Positions 9,653 through 17,584 of a DNA stretch of 64,000 bases are shown piece by piece. The DNA is from Cyanophyceae cyanobacterium. Lineage in GTDB: Bacteria > Cyanobacteriota > Cyanobacteriia > Cyanobacteriales > JBHJGN01. The first letter of the stretch is position 1. Each line of letters starts with the position of its first letter. The notes under the pieces were generated by a model. That model did no database searches. It was not told the origin of the DNA and saw nothing but the letters and a program-made list of their open reading frames with translations. Both the position numbers and the translations under genes were made by a program. The stretch spans positions 5,062 to 69,061 of the forward strand of contig JBHJGN010000077.1 in assembly GCA_050331735.1 (NCBI GenBank). Reading direction: 5' to 3'.

Positions 9653-9880
9653 AGCGCCGCAGGCGCGGGGAAAGCAGCGAAGCTGCTGGGAAAGGGGGAA
9701 AGGGGAAGGGGAAAAGGGGTGAATGAATCAGCTTGCTCCTTAGCTCTGTGTTCTTTTCCCGTCGCGAACGCGACAATTTACCCCTTCCCCGTTCTGGAGG
9801 AACAGATTTCCCTTTCCCCTTTTCCCGCCGCGACAGCGGCTTTCCCCTGCGCCTGCGGCGCTTCCCCGTTCCGGAGGGAC
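9641..9880 (+). repeat. Mosaic intergenic repeat R1: GGGGAAA tracts, complementary TTTCCCC tracts and GC-rich 13-14 nt mini-hairpins
   Basis: The left arm is G-rich (gggaaagggggaaaggggaaggggaaaagggg) and the right arm is C-rich. Mini-hairpins are GCGCCGCAGGCGC, GCAGCGAAGCTGC (9674-9686), GTCGCGAACGCGAC (9761-9774), GCCGCGACAGCGGC and GCGCCTGCGGCGC. Related copies lie at 27005, 31631 and 33071. Confidence 0.85.
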
Positions 9881-11695
9881 TTAGAAAGTAAACTGAGTCC
9901 GCACATGCCCCACAAAAATGTTGGCATTGTCGTCGAAGTTGTTGGGGTTGGCGATAAAGTAAAAGGCGGGATAAAGCCCGATGTTGTCGGTTAAGGGGAA
10001 GAAGTAAGCTCCTTCGAGCTCGTACTGGACTCCGCCATCGCCGCCGCCAGAGACGAAGAATTCCCGACCATCGCGGATCGAGTAGGGAATCAGATAGGAA
10101 ACCGTGGCGATCGCTCCTTCTTTGAATAGGTCGGGGAACGCGACTCCTAGCTGGAGCGACTGCACCTCTACTTCTTCAGATTCGCGTCCTTCAATATCGA
10201 GATTAGAGATGCTGTAGCCGTAGCGACCAAAAACGCCGATGCGCTCGGTAATCAGCCAGTCGAAATTGACGCTAAAGACGTCAGCCGCGAGATCGTCGAG
10301 TTCTCCGCCTTCTGGTCCCGCATCAACGAAGCCGCCAATCGGTTCTCCGGCTGCTCCGCCGATTTGCCCGTCGATGGCCTCGCGGCGAGCGCGGTTGTAC
10401 AGAAACCGGAGGTTGATGCGATCGCTCGGAGAAAAGGTGACTTCGGCAGTGATGGAATTGGTACCGTCGAATAAACCTTCTTCGGGATCGGAGGCGGTAT
10501 TAAAGCCCGGAGTAAAGGCGAGAAATTCGGTATTTTCCCCGAGGTAGGCCGCTCCAAATCTAAACTGCTCAGAAATATCCCAAATGGCTGCTGCTCCCGA
10601 ACCGCGGTCGATCATGTTGAGTAAGGTACTGCCGCTAGAGTTGAAGCTGCCGGCCCCGTTAAGAATAAAGGTAAAGCGATTATTGTCGAAGTAGCGATAC
10701 CAGTTGATGCGGGGTCCAACCACTACCTGAAGACTATCGGTGGCCGCAAAGCTGTAGAACAGTTCCCGGATTAGGGTGTTATTGTCTCCCCCTCCAGCAG
10801 ACTGGTCGAGGAAGGGAACCCCATAGGTATTAAATAAGCCTGCCGAGACAAATTGATTAGCGGGAGAGTTACTGTTACCAGAGGCAAGCTGAATGGTTAA
10901 GTTATCTCTTCCCGTAAAGGACGTGTTTAAATTCAGCCACACCAGATCGCTTAAGACAATCTCCGGGTCGTCATCGACGACTCGCGTGACGGGTTCGCTG
11001 GCGGTTCGTTCGGCGCGAAACGCATCTCTGCCCTCGGCGAGAATATCGCCATCGGAAAATGCACCAGTTAAGTTGAAAAACGCTTGTCCAATCAGTTTAG
11101 TTGTTGTGGAAAACTGATTGTCTTCTAGGAACGCTACGCGACCCTCCAGATTATCAATCCGTCCGCCAATCGTTGCCAGTTCTGCTTCAAACTCCTGCGC
11201 TAACCTTTGGAGCTGCTCAAGATCTTCTGGCGCAATGCCGCCGCCGCTGGAAGCGATCAGGCTTTCAACGGCGTTTAAGCAGGAGTTCAACCCCGCCGCA
11301 AATTCATAGCGAGTCAGGGCGCGGTTTCCGCGATAGGTTTGGTCGGGGTAGCCTTCGATGCACCCGTAGCGCTCGACTAAACTCCGCAGCGCCTCAAAGG
11401 CCCAGTCTCCCGGAGAAATGTCCCGCAACTGCTCGACGGTGGTAACTTGCTGCATTGGGGTTGCTTCTAGCTCCCCTAGGTCGTTGTAGCTGTCCATGCG
11501 GTCGAGGGCGGGATTGTAGGGAAGCTGGGCGACTTGAGCCTCCCGCTCAGTTACCGTCTCCTCCGCAAAGGGCATTTCCACCGCGGTTGGGTCTAGCCCA
11601 GCACCGGAATGGGCGATCGCCGGAAGCGGCAAACCGGTAATTATTGCGGCTGGCAACGTCCATTGCCAAATTTCAGTCCATCGCTTGCTCATCAA
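9881..11695 (-). CDS. Outer-membrane porin, SLH domain + OprB-type beta-barrel
   Basis: Signal peptide, then an SLH motif (WAFEALRSLVERYGCIEGYPDQTYRGNRALTRYEFA), a coiled-coil linker and a long beta-strand-rich region ending in ...HVRTQFTF. This is the usual cyanobacterial SLH-OprB architecture. Confidence 0.8.
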   Translation of the reverse strand: MMSKRWTEIWQWTLPAAIITGLPLPAIAHSGAGLDPTAVEMPFAEETVTEREAQVAQLPYNPALDRMDSYNDLGELEATPMQQVTTVEQLRDISPGDWAFEALRSLVERYGCIEGYPDQTYRGNRALTRYEFAAGLNSCLNAVESLIASSGGGIAPEDLEQLQRLAQEFEAELATIGGRIDNLEGRVAFLEDNQFSTTTKLIGQAFFNLTGAFSDGDILAEGRDAFRAERTASEPVTRVVDDDPEIVLSDLVWLNLNTSFTGRDNLTIQLASGNSNSPANQFVSAGLFNTYGVPFLDQSAGGGDNNTLIRELFYSFAATDSLQVVVGPRINWYRYFDNNRFTFILNGAGSFNSSGSTLLNMIDRGSGAAAIWDISEQFRFGAAYLGENTEFLAFTPGFNTASDPEEGLFDGTNSITAEVTFSPSDRINLRFLYNRARREAIDGQIGGAAGEPIGGFVDAGPEGGELDDLAADVFSVNFDWLITERIGVFGRYGYSISNLDIEGRESEEVEVQSLQLGVAFPDLFKEGAIATVSYLIPYSIRDGREFFVSGGGDGGVQYELEGAYFFPLTDNIGLYPAFYFIANPNNFDDNANIFVGHVRTQFTF

Positions 11696-11746
11696 TACCT
11701 CACACCTAAATTAATCGAACTTTTAGCGAATAACGCGTTATTTTGC

Positions 11747-11763
11747 TGCATACGGCATACAAG
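11747..11763. promoter_or_regulatory. Candidate GntR-type operator S1 (TGCATACGGCATACAAG)
   Basis: Two direct GCATAC hexamers 1 nt apart. Its core is the reverse complement of site S2 at 11929. Lies in the divergent porin/gntR intergenic region. Confidence 0.3.
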
Positions 11764-11921
11764 CTAGAACAAAATTTAGGGGGCAATTGTTAAGCAGGCT
11801 ACAATTATGGACAAACGTGTAGGGATTCGATTACATTCCAAAAAGAGTTCCTTGGGGCTGAAACAGCTTCAGTTTCTAAGAATTCCGATGCGAGAGAGTT
11901 TGCTCCCTCCCCTTGGCTCGC

Positions 11922-11945
11922 TATAATGTGTATGCTGTATGCAAG
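11922..11945 (+). promoter_or_regulatory. Putative gntR promoter -10 box (TATAAT 11922-11927; TTGCTC 16 nt upstream) abutting candidate operator S2 (TGTATGCTGTATGCAAG 11929-11945)
   Basis: A sigma70-like TTGCTC-N16-TATAAT lies about 65 nt upstream of the gntR ATG. The operator-like double hexamer GTATGC-t-GTATGC begins 2 nt after the -10 box. Confidence 0.35.
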
Positions 11946-11990
11946 AGAAACAGCCTGTTTTCTAGTTTAAAGTGGTTTTCGGCTTGACCT

Positions 11991-12689
11991 ATGGTTGCTA
12001 TTCAACGAAGTAAATCCCTACGAGAGCAAGTCTATCAAGCCCTGCGTAAAATTATTTTGGCAGGAGATTTAGCATCAGGAGAACGCATTGTCGAAACCCA
12101 GTTAGCTCAACGGTTGAAGGTGAGCCGGACACCGATTCGTGAAGCGATCGGGCAACTCCAGCGAGAGAAGCTAATTGTTTCCAACCTCAACGGCGGTTTT
12201 AAGGTCGCGACGCTCTCGACAGAAGATGCTATTCAGCTCTACGACTGTCGGATTGCGCTAGAGCAGCTCGCGATCGCGAGCGCTTGCGAACAGGCGACTC
12301 CTCAGCAGTTAAAACAATTAGAAAACTACGTGCTGTCAGCAGAATTAGCCGAATCGGAGCTGAATCAACGAGACAGCCTAGAGCGATTGGAATTAGACTA
12401 TCAGTTTCATCGCCTGATCGCCGAAATTTCGGGGAACCAATGGTTGCTCACTCTGCTCGATCAGGTATTTGACAAGATGGCCCTGCTTAGGATTCAGACT
12501 ACCAAACATAATCCGCAGGTGTTGGAAATCCGGTTGGAGCATCGGCAAATCTACGAGGCGATCGCCACCAGAAACCCGGAGTACGCCCGAAAAACGATTA
12601 AAGAGCATCTGAGCGCGAGTAAAGTCAGAGTGGTGCGGGAACTAGAAAACTTGCAGCAACAAACGCAGAATATTACCGAAGGAGAATAA
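11991..12689 (+). CDS. GntR-family transcriptional regulator (FadR/FCD subfamily)
   Basis: N-terminal winged HTH (LAQRLKVSRTPIREAIGQLQREKLI) followed by an all-helical, FCD-type C-terminal domain. Confidence 0.85.
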   Translation: MVAIQRSKSLREQVYQALRKIILAGDLASGERIVETQLAQRLKVSRTPIREAIGQLQREKLIVSNLNGGFKVATLSTEDAIQLYDCRIALEQLAIASACEQATPQQLKQLENYVLSAELAESELNQRDSLERLELDYQFHRLIAEISGNQWLLTLLDQVFDKMALLRIQTTKHNPQVLEIRLEHRQIYEAIATRNPEYARKTIKEHLSASKVRVVRELENLQQQTQNITEGE

Positions 12690-12695
12690 CGTTCA

Positions 12696-13100
12696 ATGAC
12701 AGCAGCGATGGCGACCAAGCGAGTGTTTATCTGTGGTTCGGCGCTCAGAGGTCAGCCCGATCATCAAAATCTTCAGTCAGCAAAATTTATTAAGCCAACT
12801 AAAACGCTGCCGCAGTATCGCCTCCACGCCGCCGAAAACGGGTGGCATCCAGCCATTTATGCTGTAGCAGAGGGCGGCGTTAGTATTCCGGGCGAAATTT
12901 ATGAAATGACCGACGAGCAGTACGACTACCTGCTTGCCAACGAGCCTCCTCATATGTACCCCGACACCGTTAATCTGGAGTCAGGAGAACAGGCGATCGC
13001 CATGCTCTACCCCCAAGAACTAGTCGAAAAACATCGCTGGCCCGATATTTCCGATATTGGTGGCTGGGCAGCCTATAAACTTTCACAGCAGGAAGAGTAA
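12696..13100 (+). CDS. Gamma-glutamylcyclotransferase-fold protein resembling the allophanate hydrolase C-terminal domain
   Basis: 134 aa. RVFICGSALRGQPDHQNL...YRLHA...EGGVSIPGEIYEM follows the pattern I recall for AH C-terminal/GGCT-like proteins. Starts 6 nt after the gntR stop, so it is probably co-transcribed. Confidence 0.45.
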   Translation: MTAAMATKRVFICGSALRGQPDHQNLQSAKFIKPTKTLPQYRLHAAENGWHPAIYAVAEGGVSIPGEIYEMTDEQYDYLLANEPPHMYPDTVNLESGEQAIAMLYPQELVEKHRWPDISDIGGWAAYKLSQQEE

Positions 13101-13214
13101 AATTATGTTCCTAGTTAACTCAAAGTTCTGCCGAACTCAGGTTCCGGCGGCTGCTTTGAGCAAGCTCGATGGTTTCAGTTCGCCGTCTACTACATTTCCT
13201 ATTTACTTGAAAAA

Positions 13215-14525
13215 TTACAGAGCTTCTACCAACTTTTCTTGAGATTTCTTGACTTTTGAACACCAGTTTTTGTATCTATGCAAAATTTCTGCGTAGGAAA
13301 CAGTGGACTCATAGAGAGCCTCAAATAGTGGTGGGAAAAAACGTTTGGGAAAGAATCGATGCAGAACTGTAGCGACACGCTCTTTAATAATAAACTCAAT
13401 AAACAATGGTTTAGATAAAGGAAGAGTATTACTACTAAGCTCGCTCGCCGCGTGAGTATCAGCCAAACGGCAAGTCGTAAATTGTTCTAGCACCAGCTTT
13501 AAGTCGTCGGCATATTGATTCAAAAGCTGGTTGAGAACAACCACATCCTCAAGAGCGCAATTGCACCCTTGACCAAGAGCGGGGGATACAGCATGAGCAG
13601 CATCGCCAATGAGTAAGGCGCTATCGGAATAGTGATAGTGGCTACAGCGAATGGTTAACGTAGTGGCAATAGGTCTTTTGAGAAAAGCTGCCGCTTCTGA
13701 TTCAGGCATGAGTTGACCGACTTGGGGAAAATTTTGCTCAAAGAATTGCAGAACTTCTGCTTCGCTCTTAAGAGCAGTGACTCGTTGATCTCCTCTGGGA
13801 AAGCGAATAATCCCGCTCATTGTGCCGTCAGCTTGATGCAGCAGAATGACTCCGATGCTGCCATCTAATCTCCAGGCATGAATCTTACTCGGTTCAAGGG
13901 CAATCTGGAGTTTTTCATTGCTCCCAGAGGGCAGGAAAACTGATTTGTAGTCATCAGAAACGTATTTTTGTTCCAATTCAAATAACTTAGTATTTAAAAA
14001 ATGTCTTCTCACAACAGAACGTGCTCCATCTGCTCCCACTAAGAGGTCATAAGCAATAGATAAATATTCTGGTTCTGTTGAGGCTAGATTTTGAAAATTT
14101 GCTGTCTTCGCGTCTAAGTCTATATGGGTACAGGAGCATTGAAAATATAAATTTAAGCGGGAATTGGCAAACTTTTGTAGGGTATTTAATAAGACTTTTG
14201 TAAAGTCAGTGCGATCGAGGGCGAATAAGGGCTTATTTCTGATAACAACTATCTGCTTCCCATTTTGCTGATGAACAATATTCCCCCACATCTCTACACT
14301 GATCGCTAAAACGGCTTCTTCTAAACCTGGTATTTTCCGTAAGGCGTTCATTCCTCTGCCGCTTAAACTAATCGGAAAAGTTCGAGACTTAGAAACGGAT
14401 ACAGTTCTCGGATCGGGGCGACGCTCGTATATATCTATCTGATATTTGTTATCGCGGGCCAGTAAATAGTGAGCGAGAAGAAGGCCGCTTGGTCCGGCAC
14501 CAACAATGACAACTTTTTTAGACAT
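13215..14525 (-). CDS. Class A FAD-dependent monooxygenase (kynurenine 3-monooxygenase/UbiH-like)
   Basis: Start moved to ATG 14525 (MSKKVVIVGAGPSGL dinucleotide fold); the track offers TTG at 14552. FAD fingerprint GDAAHAVSPALGQGCNCALED. Confidence 0.75.
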   Translation of the reverse strand: MSKKVVIVGAGPSGLLLAHYLLARDNKYQIDIYERRPDPRTVSVSKSRTFPISLSGRGMNALRKIPGLEEAVLAISVEMWGNIVHQQNGKQIVVIRNKPLFALDRTDFTKVLLNTLQKFANSRLNLYFQCSCTHIDLDAKTANFQNLASTEPEYLSIAYDLLVGADGARSVVRRHFLNTKLFELEQKYVSDDYKSVFLPSGSNEKLQIALEPSKIHAWRLDGSIGVILLHQADGTMSGIIRFPRGDQRVTALKSEAEVLQFFEQNFPQVGQLMPESEAAAFLKRPIATTLTIRCSHYHYSDSALLIGDAAHAVSPALGQGCNCALEDVVVLNQLLNQYADDLKLVLEQFTTCRLADTHAASELSSNTLPLSKPLFIEFIIKERVATVLHRFFPKRFFPPLFEALYESTVSYAEILHRYKNWCSKVKKSQEKLVEAL

Positions 14526-14565
14526 ATCCAGCGTTTCTAATGGTTTAAGCAAAATATTTTATTGT

Positions 14566-14597
14566 TAGTGGTTAAGCTTGTTTTTAACTAACCACTA
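14566..14597 (-). terminator. Stem-loop TAGTGGTTA-N14-TAACCACTA between the DUF4278 gene and the monooxygenase gene
   Basis: Perfect 9-bp inverted repeat in an AT-rich context, but with no clean U-run. It could be a terminator or a regulatory hairpin. Confidence 0.3.
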
Positions 14598-14706
14598 CCC
14601 CAAGCTCAACTTCTCAAAGTGCAACTAATGAAGTAGATTGGATTTTACTTGGGTTTTCTTGAGTTAGAACAATGTATGTGATTGATTGTCATAAGGTATA
14701 CAGGAT

Positions 14707-14889
14707 TCATGGTAATAATTTGATGTACTCTCTTCCTCGATACTTAAGAGTAAAACCGTTTTTAAGCGTTGCATTCCTCGTCTTTCCAATCTGATAAGAG
14801 ACTCCCCGATACTTGCCATTAATCGTTTTATCGGTTGCTGAGCGGGTTAAGTTAGATTGGTAAGAAATACCGCGATAAATGAGCTGCAT
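14707..14889 (-). CDS. Small DUF4278-type protein
   Basis: Start moved to ATG 14889, preceded by AAGGAGAAAAAG. MQLIYRGISYQ...KYRGVSYQ...KYRGREY has the repeated YRG-x-SY pattern of cyanobacterial DUF4278 proteins. Confidence 0.65.
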   Translation of the reverse strand: MQLIYRGISYQSNLTRSATDKTINGKYRGVSYQIGKTRNATLKNGFTLKYRGREYIKLLP

Positions 14890-14983
14890 CTTTTTCTCCT
14901 TAAATTTTCGTGTTGTTTTTTTAATGGCTACCAAGCGAACTAACTGATGCACTTATAGCTAAAACGATGGCAGGTTAAAGAGT

Positions 14984-17014
14984 TCATCTAAAGGTTGTCG
15001 GAACAGAAACAGTAGACACCCGATTTTGAGCAAAATGTTCTAATAACATGCGGTGATAAAATACATAGCTACCACCCACTTTTTTCATCAACAGTCGTTC
15101 TGAGGCGTAGTCAAGAAAGTGAGCTAGATTCCTAGGAATTAAACCCTTAGCCCATAATATAAGTCGTAGGTTGACGTGTTGAATGCAGGCCATTCCGCCT
15201 CCAAAAAGTAGCCCTAAAATCAGTCCCCAACTGATTACAGAAGTGATTGACTTTAATCCTTTAGGAAATAAACTAATCGGAAAAGGAAACAAAATGATTG
15301 GGATCAAAATTAGCCAACTAGCTAATGCGACGATCGCGGCATTCGTGACCGATTTCCGAATACCTTGGTTAGGGATAGTTTTTGTCTCTATTTCTGAGCC
15401 TCTTAGCCCACGGATTAATCCGATAATTAGTCCTAAAATTACTCCTAAAAATAGTCCAAATACTATTATTGTTAAGCCATTGCTTGGCTCTTTCCAAGTC
15501 AGGTAACACCACACTACACTAATCGGGGACAAAATTCGACTCCAGCTTAGTCCATCCCTTAAACCATTAAGCAGATCTTTTCGCGTTTTTTTCCAAGGCC
15601 ACGTCAAAGTTTCAAAGGTTTTTATTTCTGCTTTATCGCTTCCAAACCATAACAAAACAAGTCCCCATGTTACTCCGTTGATCGCTAATACTTTAAAAAG
15701 GTTAATTTTTTCGTTATGCAAGTCTAAAACATAGCCTAGTAACAAGATTAATAGAACAACCAGCATCCCCATCAGTATACTTCCCACTCGATAAAGTCTT
15801 CTTTGGAGATTAGGCTCCAACCAATAGGGCTGCATTCTCTCAATTAAAAAGACAGATTGAGCTCCCTGAGACATCCGCTGTGCCAGCCAAGTTAGCCAGT
15901 ATATTGACCTATCTTTCTGGTATTGCTGAACTCCTTTACGCTTGAACATCCGATCAATATAAGTATCGAACAGGTGATGACGGCGTTCTTCACTTGAGCA
16001 AAACTGCTGTAATAGATCTTCTACTGACCAATCTTGATAAGCAACACTCATAATACTGAGAATTAGAGGAGTTTGGGCAAAACGTTCTAATTCTCGATCT
16101 TGCTGTAATAGCGTTCTTAAGCCAGCGAGGGAATCACCTGCTTCTGCTAAAAAACGATCTACTTGTTTTTTTGAAAGAGGTTTAATACAGATAGCACTGC
16201 TAAGTTGCAAACGCGCTGTCAGTGCCTCATAATCCTCGACTCGGCTACAAATCACCATCTCAGTAATATTATGAGTTGTGATAAATTGATTTAAAGCTCT
16301 AACGCAAGCGTTGCGCTTTCCAGCTTGTACTTCATCTAATCCATCAAGAAATAGAATTAGCTGTTCCTGTTCAATCCAAGGTTCGCTTAGCGTTTTGGGA
16401 ACTTGATATTTATCTTTTAGTTCTTCAATTAGCCATTTTTCTATGGGTTGCTGCTTGTATTCCCAAGAAGATAAGTTAAACACTACGGGGATAGGCTTCG
16501 TTAAATCTTTTTCGGTTTGAGCGATCGCTTTTTTGGCTAGCTGTAATAAAGCAATCGTTTTTCCTGAACCAGGCTCTCCTAAAATTAATAGGGTTTTACC
16601 TTGTCCGGTTTGATTCAAAATATCTGTTGATTTAAGTTGGTCAAAAGACTTATCCAAGTCTATTGCTATATCTTCAACGCCTGTAAAAGGTCTAATTACC
16701 GCACTTGAATTTTTTTCCCAGTCGAGGTTAATGACATTATTTCTATAGAGAGAAGAGTTGAGAAAACCCTCGATCCAAGACTCTTTAACTTTGCGCAATA
16801 AGGTGATTCGCTGTCTATATTCGTGTTGAGTTAATACTTGGCGCACTACTGGAGTTTGACCTAACCAGTCCAGATCATTCGTGACGCGATCGCGATATTG
16901 CTCGCGACTGAGAATGGTAATGTTGTGATTGTGAACAGTGTTATTGTCACCAACCGCAAAGCCTTTTGCTGAAGCTTCAAACCTTTGATTGTATTTAGCA
17001 CTACGTTCAACCAT
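14984..17014 (-). CDS. NACHT-family STAND NTPase (NLR-like) with N-terminal short signalling motif and about 6 transmembrane helices
   Basis: Start moved to ATG 17014 (MVERSAKYN) with GGAG 8 nt upstream. Walker A LILGEPGSGKT, Walker B LILFLDGLDE. Hydrophobic helices span ORF residues ~417-620. C-terminal YVFYHRMLLEHFAQ resembles the NACHT-associated YxFxHxxxQEYFAA helix. No TPR/WD40/LRR repeats. Confidence 0.8.
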   Translation of the reverse strand: MVERSAKYNQRFEASAKGFAVGDNNTVHNHNITILSREQYRDRVTNDLDWLGQTPVVRQVLTQHEYRQRITLLRKVKESWIEGFLNSSLYRNNVINLDWEKNSSAVIRPFTGVEDIAIDLDKSFDQLKSTDILNQTGQGKTLLILGEPGSGKTIALLQLAKKAIAQTEKDLTKPIPVVFNLSSWEYKQQPIEKWLIEELKDKYQVPKTLSEPWIEQEQLILFLDGLDEVQAGKRNACVRALNQFITTHNITEMVICSRVEDYEALTARLQLSSAICIKPLSKKQVDRFLAEAGDSLAGLRTLLQQDRELERFAQTPLILSIMSVAYQDWSVEDLLQQFCSSEERRHHLFDTYIDRMFKRKGVQQYQKDRSIYWLTWLAQRMSQGAQSVFLIERMQPYWLEPNLQRRLYRVGSILMGMLVVLLILLLGYVLDLHNEKINLFKVLAINGVTWGLVLLWFGSDKAEIKTFETLTWPWKKTRKDLLNGLRDGLSWSRILSPISVVWCYLTWKEPSNGLTIIVFGLFLGVILGLIIGLIRGLRGSEIETKTIPNQGIRKSVTNAAIVALASWLILIPIILFPFPISLFPKGLKSITSVISWGLILGLLFGGGMACIQHVNLRLILWAKGLIPRNLAHFLDYASERLLMKKVGGSYVFYHRMLLEHFAQNRVSTVSVPTTFR

Positions 17015-17030
17015 TTTAAGTCTCCAGCAG

Positions 17031-17402
17031 CTAAGAGCCAAATGTATTTGTTTGAGTGTTGCGATCGCCGAATTGACCCCCTTTAACTTCCCCTTGAAAC
17101 AGCATGTTATATTTACCTGCTGCTGTTTCTTTAGGATCTAACTGTTTTAGTATTTCCTGAGCTTTTTCAACAATTTTCTCGTCTCGATCGGCACCAACCT
17201 CAGTTAATTTCTTTTTGAGTGGAGCTTCATAGGTGTCAGGGTCTTTTTCGTATTCTTCTAAAACCATTTCTGCTTTTGGTTCGCCATCAAATTTATGCTT
17301 AATTAAAGTTTTTAAGCCTTGATAAGCATCTGGAGCAACATCTCTAGCCGCTTTTACTGCTCCAGCAACCAGTGCAGCAAGAATTAAAGAAATTGGTTCC
17401 AT
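17031..17402 (-). CDS. Small Bell-like protein with N-terminal hydrophobic helix and C-terminal amyloid-signalling-type motif
   Basis: 123 aa with a GAGGA RBS. The N-terminus MEPISLILAALVAGAVKAARDVAPDAYQGLKTL is followed by a charged helical middle. The last ~26 aa (GKYNMLFQGEVKGGQFGDRNTQTNTF) match the N-terminus of the next gene. Confidence 0.6.
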   Translation of the reverse strand: MEPISLILAALVAGAVKAARDVAPDAYQGLKTLIKHKFDGEPKAEMVLEEYEKDPDTYEAPLKKKLTEVGADRDEKIVEKAQEILKQLDPKETAAGKYNMLFQGEVKGGQFGDRNTQTNTFGS

Positions 17403-17584
17403 TACTCATTATTCCTCTGTTAGTTCAATTTTTGGAGTTGAATTATTCGCTAGATTCAACCCGAACGATAATTTTAAATCTGCAACAAATTTAAAGAAGT
17501 AAAGGAATAGGAGGTTTTCTGATTTAATTACACGCCATATCTGCTATCTGCGTTTAATATTAATTTGATTCTTTATCCCTCGAT

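Noticed and set aside
9641-9880. Possible CRISPR array, suggested by the short hairpin-forming repeats
   Set aside because: There is no constant direct repeat alternating with unique spacers of regular length. The units differ in sequence and spacing, the two arms are complementary to each other, and no cas genes are present in the window.
9719-9994. ORFs crossing the mosaic repeats (9719..9994 +, 27094..27303 +, 31623..31805 -, 32882..33199 -, 26803..27000 -)
   Set aside because: Their PFPF/GKGE-type peptides are simply translations of the GGGGAAA/TTTCCCC tracts. There is no independent coding evidence.
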